Source: Thainema sp. (GTDB taxonomy: Bacteria; Cyanobacteriota; Cyanobacteriia; Phormidesmidales; Phormidesmidaceae). From it: a stretch of 64,000 nucleotides of DNA. Under the pieces are notes generated by a model. It ran no database searches. It had not been told where the DNA came from and was given only the letters and a program-made list of their open reading frames with translations. This document shows, piece by piece, positions 1-9,384 of the stretch (position 1 is the first letter of the stretch; every line of letters begins with the position of its first letter). The stretch lies in contig JBQLZK010000015.1 of the NCBI GenBank assembly GCA_052168235.1, forward strand, positions 32,001 through 96,000, written 5' to 3'. The translations under genes were made by a program, and so were the position numbers.

Positions 1-674
1 TCCAGCGACCGCCACGCAATGACGTGATCCAGTTGGGAGGTACGAATCGGGGTCTGCGCCGCCCCGATCGTGAATTGTTCTGCTCGTCCCGCCTGACGAC
101 GCCGACCAAACGGCGGATTCGCGATCACCACGTCCTGGCTACGGGGTTCTGGCACAACACTCGTGGCATCGTTCTGCGTCACGGTAAATCCCTGGCGCAT
201 CAGATCAGCAGCCCGCTGGTCATCAAGCTCATTCACCGTAGCGGTTTGAGGATTAACCGTCATTAGCAAGGCTCCATGTCCGGCAGTTGGTTCGTAGACT
301 GTTGTATTGCCATCGATACCAGCCAACTGCAGTGCCAGGTAGGCAAGGGGCACGGGCGTGCTGTACTGCTGCTTCTGGATTGAGGTTGAGGAGCGAGTGC
401 CCAATCGTGGCTGTCGCTGGTACAGATCCACGAGCTGGTCAAAGGTATCAAGGGGTGATTGCGATTGATGAATGATCTGCTTGGCCGCGCCGACAATCCC
501 CTGCTCAATCGTTTCTTCCAGTTCCTTGGCCTCTTGTCTACCGCTGGTGAACGATCGCCCGATCAACTGCTGAGCAAACTTGCGAGCATCCATGATCGAC
601 GGGAATGCCTGCCCATTGAGAAAAGCATTCTCAAACCCCTCACGAATTGTCTGGCGCTCATCCGTACTCAGCAT
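1..674 (-). CDS. N-terminal part of an N6-adenine DNA methyltransferase domain protein, possibly a large methylase-helicase; runs off the window
   Basis: Not in the ORF track. ATG at 674 overlaps the TAA of the upstream ORF, with AGGAG just upstream. The frame is open to the edge and reads QQYSTPVPLAY, VYEPTAGHGALL (SAM motif I) and DVVIANPPFG (motif IV). Confidence 0.8.
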   Translation of the reverse strand, partial: MLSTDERQTIREGFENAFLNGQAFPSIMDARKFAQQLIGRSFTSGRQEAKELEETIEQGIVGAAKQIIHQSQSPLDTFDQLVDLYQRQPRLGTRSSTSIQKQQYSTPVPLAYLALQLAGIDGNTTVYEPTAGHGALLMTVNPQTATVNELDDQRAADLMRQGFTVTQNDATSVVPEPRSQDVVIANPPFGRRRQAGRAEQFTIGAAQTPIRTSQLDHVIAWRSL

Positions 675-877
675 TACTCTCCTGCAACGACTTGAACATA
701 GATGGGATAGGGATCATCGTCGAAATGGAAGGTGAGCAAACCAAAACCCGGACAAACTTGAGTTTCCAGCACAACTTGGCCGTGCTCAATTCGCAGAATT
801 TGCCGTCCATTCCAATAAGCTGAAACAGCATTGGGCTGCCGCTGTTGGGCTTTCCGTAGAAAAGAATGCATTACCAT
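674..877 (-). CDS. small hypothetical protein
   Basis: Stop/start overlaps with both neighbours (TGATG at 875-879, TAATG at 672-676). Confidence 0.6.
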   Translation of the reverse strand: MVMHSFLRKAQQRQPNAVSAYWNGRQILRIEHGQVVLETQVCPGFGLLTFHFDDDPYPIYVQVVAGE

Positions 878-2172
878 CAGTCCATCTCCATGCCTGCAGA
901 ACGATGCTGCTCGGCAGTCTGCTTGTGCTGGGTCGCCTGCAAATCCTCGGGAGAGACCTGACCTAGCGTTTGGAAGCGGATCTGGTCTTGCTCGCTCATA
1001 CCGTCCGTATCCAGCACCGTGCCGTCCCGTACCGCTACAAAACCACCCGTCTCCTGATTCTCAACAACCGTGATGCCTGCGGTACGGCTCATCATATAGG
1101 TGTTCCCTTGGGCAATGGTGGTTGCCCCCAGTGAGCTGGTTACACCGGCCTCATTGGCCACATTCATAAACTGCTCGGCATTGACAGCAATGTCTGTTTC
1201 CATCGGAGAAGCAAGGCCGTCTGCACTCGCATAGGCTGCCTGTAAAATCTCCTGATCCTCTGGGGACTCAGGATCACCGCCGGTTTGGGCTTGAATCCGA
1301 GCTGCTTTCGCAGCCAGATCGGCATCCACTCCAGCAGCCTCCAGCGCCTGCGTGGTGCGACCTTCTTCATAGGCTCGGCCTACTCGATCTTCAAGATATT
1401 GCTGGGCTTGCACCCGCTTTAGCTGTCCTTCTGGACTGTTCAAGTAGCGGTCAGCCTGCTCAACGCGCCGTTCTTGCGCCGCTGACTGTTCCCCACCAAA
1501 GACATAGTCCCGAGCTTTAATATCGCCAGCCGCTTGAGCTAACTGATTCGGAACTCCCGACGTTTTATAGTCTCGCCAAAGCTGCCGAGCAACTCCCTTC
1601 TGGCGCTGAATATCCGCAGCCTGCAACAGTCGCGCCTGTTTCTCAGTGGGTTCATTGCCGTACACCTGTTGGCCCGCTCGAATTTGAGCTGCTGAATCCA
1701 TCAGGTTACGACTACCCAGACCAGCCACATCATTCCGATAGTGCTCCTTGAGGTTGTTGATAGTGCGGCCATATTCCTTACGCTTGGCCTCAACGGTTGC
1801 CTCAGCGAGGCTGATAGCCTCTGCTTCATCGGTTGAAACAGGCTCACCTAAAAACTGATGTTGCTGTCCAACAGCTGCGATCGCAGCGGCTTCCGGTTCC
1901 ACACCGGCACGCTCATAGGCGTCCTGATAGCCCTGCTGCACTTCATCCGCTACCCGACCGACCAAGTTGGCATAGCCATCATCAGGCTCCTCGCCTAAGA
2001 CCTCCTGACGAGCTCTAGCATTGGCCAACGCAACCCGATTGTCATCGGTAACCACGTTAGGAATCTGCCGCCAAAACTGTTCACGGGTGGAAGCTAATGC
2101 CTGCTCCTGTTCCAGCCTACGAGCATCCTCAACGGCTTGACGGCTATTGAATTGTTGAATAGAACCAACCAT
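877..2172 (-). CDS. hypothetical helical-repeat protein, candidate T4SS substrate
   Basis: 431 aa, A/Q/E-rich, GGGAA upstream, internal repeats, C-terminus HRSAGMEMD. Confidence 0.75.
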   Translation of the reverse strand: MVGSIQQFNSRQAVEDARRLEQEQALASTREQFWRQIPNVVTDDNRVALANARARQEVLGEEPDDGYANLVGRVADEVQQGYQDAYERAGVEPEAAAIAAVGQQHQFLGEPVSTDEAEAISLAEATVEAKRKEYGRTINNLKEHYRNDVAGLGSRNLMDSAAQIRAGQQVYGNEPTEKQARLLQAADIQRQKGVARQLWRDYKTSGVPNQLAQAAGDIKARDYVFGGEQSAAQERRVEQADRYLNSPEGQLKRVQAQQYLEDRVGRAYEEGRTTQALEAAGVDADLAAKAARIQAQTGGDPESPEDQEILQAAYASADGLASPMETDIAVNAEQFMNVANEAGVTSSLGATTIAQGNTYMMSRTAGITVVENQETGGFVAVRDGTVLDTDGMSEQDQIRFQTLGQVSPEDLQATQHKQTAEQHRSAGMEMD

Positions 2173-2184
2173 AATTCCCCTTGA

Positions 2185-2574
2185 TTAAGTGCTCGCCTCA
2201 GTCGGCTCTGAAGTAGCTTCATCAGCCTCTTCATCACCTTTCACCGAGATCAGCTCAACGCGATCCACCGGATTAATCTGTAGACCGGCACGAGGCTCAT
2301 TGGAAGTGCTGGTAATGTAGGGTGAGGGCTCCATTGCGCCATAAACACAAATTAAGCTGCCCTTCTTCAGGTAGTCCAAAACTCGCCAACCCGGACTGCC
2401 TTCCCAGATGGAAAGATCCACTCGGAACGATTCCTCTCGATGACGACGATGACGAACATAAATCGCCGCTTCGGCTACCTGCGAGGTACGATTTCCTAGA
2501 TCAACGTCCTTGACCTCAACATCTGCAGCCAAGTTGCCTACGATGATGGACGTATTGAGTCCTGTTAATGCCAT
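2185..2574 (-). CDS. ssb: single-stranded DNA-binding protein
   Basis: SSB OB-fold pattern (IIVGNLAADVE, LSIW, YLKKGSLICVYG) and GAGGA RBS. Acidic tail lacks the canonical IPF end. Confidence 0.8.
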   Translation of the reverse strand: MALTGLNTSIIVGNLAADVEVKDVDLGNRTSQVAEAAIYVRHRRHREESFRVDLSIWEGSPGWRVLDYLKKGSLICVYGAMEPSPYITSTSNEPRAGLQINPVDRVELISVKGDEEADEATSEPTEAST

Positions 2575-2644
2575 CGATTCTTCCTCCTAGCTCAATTTAA
2601 TAGACAGATACTGTGTATTTACGCAATTGAAGTTAATCCAGCCA

Positions 2645-3526
2645 CTACAGCTCCAAATCAGGGCTGCGCTGCTGCCGATTTGGAGTCCGTTGAGCCTGCT
2701 CCTGCTGATGCTCTGCCTCACTCAACTGACGAATAGACTGCCAGGTCTGCTGATCGGTAATCGTTAGCCCATCAGCGACCTTGACTCCGGTTTCATCGCC
2801 TATGGTGATGCCCCCGGTCTGCCGATTCTCAACCCACATAACACCATCCGGTTGCAGAGTTACGGCGTACATTGTGTTCTCCGCCCGAAAGATACCTTCA
2901 GCATCTGGCTCAGCTCCTCGTGCGATCGCACTATCTATGACCTGACCAGCATGGTCTAGAATGCTTTGCGCCATCGCCTCCTGAGGATCGGTATCCGAAG
3001 GACTAGCCTCTCCATCGGCTGCTCTAGCAGCTGGTGATAAACCGGACGGATGGAGCGAATGTTGACGACTCTGCTGAATGATTCGCAGTGGATGGGTTGC
3101 CGTCTCTGAACGTTCAGGGCCAAACTGTAACCGTTCATCGGCAACCAACTCCTCGTCATACGGCACGCTATCCTCGGCTGTGCCTGTGGTCTCAGAATCG
3201 GATGATTCGGCCTCCGAAATGAAACCCAGCGAAATAGGATGCACGTGCGATCGCACTGACAAACTCTGTTCTGGAGCTTGTCCTGATACCTGTTGGGCAG
3301 TTCGTTCCATTACCTTCTGCTCATCCTCGGTTAGCTCATAGCCAGGTAAATCAGCCCGTCGCTGGTGACTCACTGCAACCTGCCACGTATCACCCGGTTC
3401 CACCCCCTGACAATTCAGGACATCAATGCGCTCAGCCAACCGCTGGCGCTGCAAATCGCTGAGAGCCGTCAGTAAGGCTCCAGCCGTTGTTGTGTTAGGT
3501 AGTGAAATTGTGGTTCCGGGTCGCAT
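2645..3526 (-). CDS. hypothetical protein, candidate T4SS substrate
   Basis: 293 aa, GAGGAGG RBS, C-terminal domain resembles that of 877..2172, ends RQQRSPDLEL. Confidence 0.75.
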   Translation of the reverse strand: MRPGTTISLPNTTTAGALLTALSDLQRQRLAERIDVLNCQGVEPGDTWQVAVSHQRRADLPGYELTEDEQKVMERTAQQVSGQAPEQSLSVRSHVHPISLGFISEAESSDSETTGTAEDSVPYDEELVADERLQFGPERSETATHPLRIIQQSRQHSLHPSGLSPAARAADGEASPSDTDPQEAMAQSILDHAGQVIDSAIARGAEPDAEGIFRAENTMYAVTLQPDGVMWVENRQTGGITIGDETGVKVADGLTITDQQTWQSIRQLSEAEHQQEQAQRTPNRQQRSPDLEL

Positions 3527-3536
3527 GCAAGCCTCC

Positions 3537-4148
3537 TCAGAAACGGTTCACATTCACGACTTCGGCATTCGCTTCATTCCAGGTCACGCCGTCGTAGCAC
3601 AGCGTAGTCTGGGCAATACCGATATCATCTGCACCAGCGCCCTGACTGACATCGTTGATCAGCAGACAGGGATAGCCACCACTATCGCGATCCGCAAGCT
3701 GTACAACTGGCACACCCTCCGGAAGCTGCTGATTGAGATAGCGATTGAAGATGCGATCGCCATCGTGCTCATAGATCACATAAAGCGACCCCAAACGCCC
3801 CGTCAGAATAGAGTTGTTGAAATCGACCAGTCTTAATCCTTCCTCTAACTCCGCAATCTGCATCGATTGCAGCAGGGAGTTCTGCTCAGCAGTAGACAAG
3901 GCCGACGAATTGGCGGCAAGAATATCCTTGGCTCGCTCTACGGTCACGACTTGGGTTGCCGATTGCCAGACAACCGAATCCTGACTGGCACCTGCCGATG
4001 CACATCCGAACAAGGTCAGCGATGACGCCAGTAAAAATAAGCCCGCCCCCAGATAAACAAACCGGAGAACCCGTCCCATCCAGTCCGGCAATTCAATATC
4101 ACCTGCATGGTGGCTTCGTCTATTTTTCTCATCGATATCAAGCTTCAT
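3537..4148 (-). CDS. membrane-anchored or lipoprotein-like hypothetical protein
   Basis: Hydrophobic segment ending LFGC; ATGA overlap with the upstream gene. Confidence 0.7.
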   Translation of the reverse strand: MKLDIDEKNRRSHHAGDIELPDWMGRVLRFVYLGAGLFLLASSLTLFGCASAGASQDSVVWQSATQVVTVERAKDILAANSSALSTAEQNSLLQSMQIAELEEGLRLVDFNNSILTGRLGSLYVIYEHDGDRIFNRYLNQQLPEGVPVVQLADRDSGGYPCLLINDVSQGAGADDIGIAQTTLCYDGVTWNEANAEVVNVNRF

Positions 4149-4663
4149 GACTGACTTCTCCTGATGTCTTCCAAAACATCCAATCTCTCTAGGGCGGCAG
4201 ATTCTTCGTCCAGCAGCGCTAACTCCGACAGATCAAAAGCAGTGATAAACGCCTCCCGTCCCATACGGTCAAGTCGCCTAGAAAATTGAATCTCGCGAAA
4301 TTTGACCGCTGCTTCAAACGGAACATAATCGGCATAGGCCAGAAAGTCACCCGGCGTATTCCACAACGCAACATCACAGGTTCCCGAGGCCGCTGAAACC
4401 AGGAGAGCCGATGGATATTGTGCTGCATCGGGTGAGTCTTCATAGGTGTAGATCAGGTAGTATTCAGTGCCTTCCACTGTTTCTGTTGCCATTAGTTCTG
4501 CGCCACCCGCTGCAAAGGGAGAGCTGCGGTCTATGCAGGATTCCGCAACCGGTGGAGCGGAATCGATTTGCGCTCTTACGGTTAGCGCACTACCGACCAT
4601 GACAGTTGCAATCAGGGCTGCGATCGCAAGTCGAATTTGAACAGATCTAAAACGATGTTGCAT
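4145..4663 (-). CDS. secreted hypothetical protein
   Basis: Signal-peptide-like N-terminus (basic, hydrophobic, VRA-Q); tight operon packing. Confidence 0.7.
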   Translation of the reverse strand: MQHRFRSVQIRLAIAALIATVMVGSALTVRAQIDSAPPVAESCIDRSSPFAAGGAELMATETVEGTEYYLIYTYEDSPDAAQYPSALLVSAASGTCDVALWNTPGDFLAYADYVPFEAAVKFREIQFSRRLDRMGREAFITAFDLSELALLDEESAALERLDVLEDIRRSQS

Positions 4664-4665
4664 AA

Positions 4666-6972
4666 CTAAAAGTTGATGAAGTTCTCTGGATTGACCGCCG
4701 TACTTTTAGGCGGAAAATTGGAACCGCTGTTCTCGTAGATGCCAAAATCTAGGTGGGGGCCAGTTCCATACCCCGTGTTGCCGGAAGCTGCAATCTGCTG
4801 CCCTTGGCTAACCTGGGTTCCCTCTGAAACGGTGTAAGCACTCAGATGGGAGTAGCGCGTCTGATAACCGTTACCGTGGTCAATCACAACGGTCTTGCCA
4901 TAGCCACCAGCCCGACCGACGTAGACTACCTGACCGCCGTCTGAAGCACTCACGGGTGTGCCAATTGGCGTTCCCACATCAACGGCTGGATGAAAACTGC
5001 TGCACCCACCACAGGGTCTTGCCCGACGCCCAAAATTAGAGGTGAGGACATACCCCGGTGCCGGATTGGCAAAATCCCCTGTTGCCTTGCCGGAGCCTTC
5101 GCCACCCGGAGGCACACAGGTTCCATCTGGACTCGCGATCGCAGTGGAGCTTGTGGCATAGTTCTCACGCACCTCAACGCCATAGTTGTAAATCGTGAGC
5201 ACCCCATTCCGATCGGAACCGCCACCGTCAATCGTGGAGCCAGGGCCACCAAACCACATTTGTCCCACCCGTTCGATTAGGCGATCGCCTGTAAACACTC
5301 GCCCCGTTTGAGGGTCAACTTGCCCCCGTGCCCGATCAAAGAGCTGTCCCATCTCTGCTCGATAAGCTCGCTCCTGAGCTGGTTTGGGAAAATAGCGCCG
5401 CACCTCAGCAGCAGACGGTTGGTATCCGCTCTGGATTTCGTTCAGCCAAGCTGATCCCCCCTCTACCTGCTTAATTTGAGCCTGCACTTCGGGCAAATAC
5501 GTCATCATTTGATAGCGGCCTAGCGCTCGTCCACCACCATTGCTAGCGACATAGGGACCAATAGCTGCATAGCCACCTGAGCCTTGCGACTCGATTTCAG
5601 CCAAGGCATTCGCTAACCGATCTAAGTTGACTCCCCCAATCGACTCACCCGAACACGGCCCAATCGTTGGACTGGCAAGAGGCGAAGTCGGAATGCCTGC
5701 CGGTGGCGCTGGAGCCGTCGATGAGCCGCCAGCTCCGTCCAAGGGGCCGACGAAGACCAGCGAGTTCACTTGATAGTCAAACCACGGCACTTTGAACTGG
5801 TTATACGGTGTACAGGTGCGTCCGACAGATGGCAGATCAGTACACCAACGAAAAATAAGCTTGAAGCTGATCTGATCGCTGCGCTCGTCAGGCTCCCAGG
5901 CCACAACTTTGAACACAGAGCCAAACGGATGCCGCCCCGTAGGCTCATACCCTGTTGAATAGCCCAGAGGCGATGGCACGTATTTCAGCGGGCCGAAGCC
6001 GCTTTCAACCTCGTGATACTTGCCGCTGATCCACTGTTTACCTTCAAATGATCCTTGAATTTTACGCCCTTCATTCTCCAGGTCATCCAGCGCGATATAG
6101 GCACATTCAACCGGATCATTCGCTTCCTGTGCTTCAGAAGGAGAATCGAATCCAGTTAGCTTCCCTTCAGCCGGACAGGGCACCTCAAAGCCTGCCTGAT
6201 AGCTACCTGAAATCGTATTGGTGCGGTCGGTTTCAGCGGTTCCCCAGACAACATCAATACGCGCGATGATACCTTCGAGGCCCGTAATTCCGGTAGGAAA
6301 ATCGCTCAGCGCAACATTTTCAAGCCCTGGCACCTCTGCAATTTTGGCTTTGTCCCACCCCTTCAAATCAATAATCGGCACCGCATCAATGTTGGGAATG
6401 TCTGCGATCGCAAATTCATCGAGCATCGTCTCACCTAATTGAATATCGCTCAAACCGGGATTGCGCTCCAAAAAACCTGAGATCGTCTCACTGCCAAAAC
6501 TAATCTGTCCGGTCGTTTCAGAGAGCAGCTGCTTGACCGGGGCTACTTCATCGACCCGGTAATCTCCGAAGTAAGGAATCGCATAGTCAAGATTGGATAA
6601 GGTTTGACGTTCTAGGAGATCGAAGCTCGATAAGCGAGCGTCGGTGTAGTTAGTTCCCGTAAGCTGATTGATCTGTCCTAGCGAGAGAGCCTGGCCATTC
6701 AATGAGGCCACATCCCCCAGCGTCAGAATGTTACTCACCGAATCGCCCACTTCCCACTGACGTTGAATCCCTTGAAATTCAAGGCGACCGCTATCTTCAA
6801 CCGTTCCCAAATCCAGGAAGGAAACAGTTTCAAAGTCAGGAATGACATCCTGATAGGCAGCACGTTGAGGCTGCGCGGTTGGCACAGGTTGAGCGAACGT
6901 CGGAACCGCTGATAGCAACCAAGCTCCGATCGCAACGAGGATGATGAGTAGGCATCTCAATAGGTTTAGCAT
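4666..6972 (-). CDS. secreted peptidoglycan hydrolase with lysozyme/transglycosylase-like and M23 peptidase domains
   Basis: ATG 6972 precedes a signal peptide and avoids overlap with the upstream gene. Motifs: LAEIESQG..GRALGRYQMM; M23 HPAVD, GYGKTVVIDHGNGYQTRYSHL, TGPHLDF. Confidence 0.85.
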   Translation of the reverse strand: MLNLLRCLLIILVAIGAWLLSAVPTFAQPVPTAQPQRAAYQDVIPDFETVSFLDLGTVEDSGRLEFQGIQRQWEVGDSVSNILTLGDVASLNGQALSLGQINQLTGTNYTDARLSSFDLLERQTLSNLDYAIPYFGDYRVDEVAPVKQLLSETTGQISFGSETISGFLERNPGLSDIQLGETMLDEFAIADIPNIDAVPIIDLKGWDKAKIAEVPGLENVALSDFPTGITGLEGIIARIDVVWGTAETDRTNTISGSYQAGFEVPCPAEGKLTGFDSPSEAQEANDPVECAYIALDDLENEGRKIQGSFEGKQWISGKYHEVESGFGPLKYVPSPLGYSTGYEPTGRHPFGSVFKVVAWEPDERSDQISFKLIFRWCTDLPSVGRTCTPYNQFKVPWFDYQVNSLVFVGPLDGAGGSSTAPAPPAGIPTSPLASPTIGPCSGESIGGVNLDRLANALAEIESQGSGGYAAIGPYVASNGGGRALGRYQMMTYLPEVQAQIKQVEGGSAWLNEIQSGYQPSAAEVRRYFPKPAQERAYRAEMGQLFDRARGQVDPQTGRVFTGDRLIERVGQMWFGGPGSTIDGGGSDRNGVLTIYNYGVEVRENYATSSTAIASPDGTCVPPGGEGSGKATGDFANPAPGYVLTSNFGRRARPCGGCSSFHPAVDVGTPIGTPVSASDGGQVVYVGRAGGYGKTVVIDHGNGYQTRYSHLSAYTVSEGTQVSQGQQIAASGNTGYGTGPHLDFGIYENSGSNFPPKSTAVNPENFINF

Positions 6973-6976
6973 GGCT

Positions 6977-8680
6977 CTAAAATTCGGAGCGTTCTCCATC
7001 CGCGAGCTGGACACGGCGAGAGTAGCGATTGGCCTGAACGCGATCGCGGGTAGTGAGGGCATCCTCATCAATTCCCATCAATGACTGTTCCGGCACAGCA
7101 AACCGCGAGGTATCTGGCCCGGATACCGGAATGGCATAATCTGCCCGATTGGCAATGGCAGCAATCTGGTCACTAATATCCCGCTGCGTTGCTGCTGGAG
7201 TAAACGTTTGGCGCTCCTCTAAGAGGCTCTCTAGCTGAAGCTGTGGTTTGTCAGGGCAAAAGCTGCCTCGGCGCATATCGCAGAAATAATAAGCATCAGC
7301 GACATGCCGCACTGCTTTGGCTACTTCAGCGGGCGTACAGCCGCGATATTCCCGCAGCAGAATGCGCCAATCTCGATCTGAGAAGTCGTACTCGAAATAT
7401 TGGCCGAGGTGAACCTTAAATACTTCCCAGAGCGAACCCGCGTGGGGCATGCCAAAGAAATGGATATACTCAAACCGCCGAATCATCTCGGCAGGCAGCA
7501 TCTGAAGGTGATTAATCGTGGCGAACATCACCACAGGCGAGGTGTGATCCTGCATCCAGCTCAGAAGCTGACCAGCCATCTTCCCCAGCACGCCACCTTC
7601 AACGCGAGTATCCCAACCGGAAAAGGCTTTCTCAAACTCGTCGAAAAACAGAATGCAGGTGCCAATTTCGTCTACAAAATCCAGTAAGCCGTTCAGGTTC
7701 TTCATTGACTCCTGAACAGTACGACCGACCAAACTATTCCAATCCGCACTCACGAGTGTGCCGCCAATATGTTTGGCCGCCAGCTTCGCCGCTAGCGATT
7801 TGCCAGTACCAGGAATACCCCACAGCAAAATGGCTTTCGGCGGCCTCAGGTGACGAGTTGCAGCTTCTGGCTGCAACAGCAAGCGGACTTTATCTAGAGT
7901 TTCGTAGAGCCGATCCATCCCGGCTGCGACAGGCACATCGGGTTCTGGCAATAAGTTGATACCGCGTCCTTTCAGCTTTTTGGTCTTGTAATTCATTACC
8001 AGATCGGTGATGGCGTCAATATTGACTACACCAGAAATCCGTGCAGTGGCCCGGTGCAGGGCAATCTCGATCTCACCTCGGGGTAAGCCAGAACATGCCT
8101 GGGTCAGTTGACGCTGACGGTTCCGATTTTCTTGGTTTTGCTCCATGCTGAACACATCCCAGCAAAATTCTGCTACCAAACGCTGCACAGCCTCTCGGCT
8201 TGGTAACGGATACTCCAGAGCAGGCAACAACGGATAAATATCCAGCGGAATGTGTGGATCCGAATCGAGCAGGATGATGTACTGCTCAATATTGGTTTGC
8301 CGCAGGGCAAAATGAGCATTCTGAATCTCATGCACCTGCCGATCGCTGATGTCCTTCAGCAGTCCAGCCAGCACAAATACGCCCGGTCGGAGCAAACTCA
8401 CCACCCGAGCAATTGTCCCTTCCGCTTCACAGCTCGGCAGCAACAGATCGGAATTCTGCAAATCCACCTGCCGACTGCCAGTACCAGGCGTCACCGTCTG
8501 CAGACAGTTGAACGCAATATTCCAGTAGTAAAGAGCCAACCCCTGCCCCTCGATAAACTGGAGGAGCTGCGCCAGGACAAAGTTGCGATCGCACACCGCC
8601 GACTTACAGGCAACGATGTACTCTTGCTCCTGTTGCAGTTTGGGCCAGATGGTAATGGAATTAAATGTTCTCTGGCTCAT
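6977..8680 (-). CDS. AAA+ ATPase (Ycf46-like architecture)
   Basis: Walker A GIPGTGKS, Walker B LFFDEFEK, SRH ATIN..LPAEMIRRF. Confidence 0.85.
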   Translation of the reverse strand: MSQRTFNSITIWPKLQQEQEYIVACKSAVCDRNFVLAQLLQFIEGQGLALYYWNIAFNCLQTVTPGTGSRQVDLQNSDLLLPSCEAEGTIARVVSLLRPGVFVLAGLLKDISDRQVHEIQNAHFALRQTNIEQYIILLDSDPHIPLDIYPLLPALEYPLPSREAVQRLVAEFCWDVFSMEQNQENRNRQRQLTQACSGLPRGEIEIALHRATARISGVVNIDAITDLVMNYKTKKLKGRGINLLPEPDVPVAAGMDRLYETLDKVRLLLQPEAATRHLRPPKAILLWGIPGTGKSLAAKLAAKHIGGTLVSADWNSLVGRTVQESMKNLNGLLDFVDEIGTCILFFDEFEKAFSGWDTRVEGGVLGKMAGQLLSWMQDHTSPVVMFATINHLQMLPAEMIRRFEYIHFFGMPHAGSLWEVFKVHLGQYFEYDFSDRDWRILLREYRGCTPAEVAKAVRHVADAYYFCDMRRGSFCPDKPQLQLESLLEERQTFTPAATQRDISDQIAAIANRADYAIPVSGPDTSRFAVPEQSLMGIDEDALTTRDRVQANRYSRRVQLADGERSEF

Positions 8681-8702
8681 AGTTCAACTTTGGGTTACGT
8701 CA

Positions 8703-9380
8703 TTACTCAGAGGAGAAAAACTCACGCTCTGAGGGTGGCTGCGTCCAGAGCAAGCAAAAGCCAGACTTCGCTTTGCGAGTGCCCATCTGGATCGTCACGC
8801 CGAGTTCTTTCACCTGCTGCTGGCATTCACCACCAAGCAAGTCTTCGTTCCATTCCAAGATTTGGCGAGCATACTGCCCTTCCGAGCTGGTCGCCCAGTC
8901 CAGAGCCTCAGCTTCATTGAGGGTAAGCTGGCGCGGTTCACCAGGAGCCATAGCGACCTGGGACTGTCGCCACTGTGCATAACTCCAGCCACTGAATAAC
9001 CCCAAACCAATTAGCCCCAGCGCGATTATTCCTGCCCCAATCAGCGATTTGAGCGTCACCTGCGCCTTACGCGCACCAGCCTTCTGCATCAGTTCCTTAA
9101 CGGACTCAGACACCTGCCGTTCAACTCCTCGACGCGCTGCCTGCTCATACTGATCGATGGAGTCAAGCACTTTTTGATGTGCATATTCAAAGGTTTGCCG
9201 AAAATGATTCGGAGCCTGCTCTAGCAACACCTGCACGCTGGAATTTGAAAGCAGTAGCAAAAACAAAGCATCATTTTCATCAATACCAAAAGCACTGACA
9301 ATGCGCCGAATCTGAGCCTCAGTCTTATCGTCAACCTGCCCCAGCAGCTCTTCTAAAATAGTTGTGGTATCAGCTGCCAT
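8703..9380 (-). CDS. membrane-anchored protein, DUF6753-like
   Basis: GIDENDALFLLL N-terminal motif, one TM helix, EALDWATSSEGQYARQILEWN; family recognised from memory only. Confidence 0.6.
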   Translation of the reverse strand: MAADTTTILEELLGQVDDKTEAQIRRIVSAFGIDENDALFLLLLSNSSVQVLLEQAPNHFRQTFEYAHQKVLDSIDQYEQAARRGVERQVSESVKELMQKAGARKAQVTLKSLIGAGIIALGLIGLGLFSGWSYAQWRQSQVAMAPGEPRQLTLNEAEALDWATSSEGQYARQILEWNEDLLGGECQQQVKELGVTIQMGTRKAKSGFCLLWTQPPSEREFFSSE

Positions 9381-9384
9381 TTAT

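Noticed and set aside
24..695. Short track ORFs at the left edge
   Set aside because: They overlap the minus-strand methyltransferase frame, which has clear motifs and an RBS.
6973..7071. Track start of the M23 protein at 7071
   Set aside because: It overlaps the AAA gene end; ATG 6972 directly precedes the signal peptide.
8252..8920. 222-aa plus-strand ORF
   Set aside because: Antisense shadow across two real genes, with no recognisable motifs.
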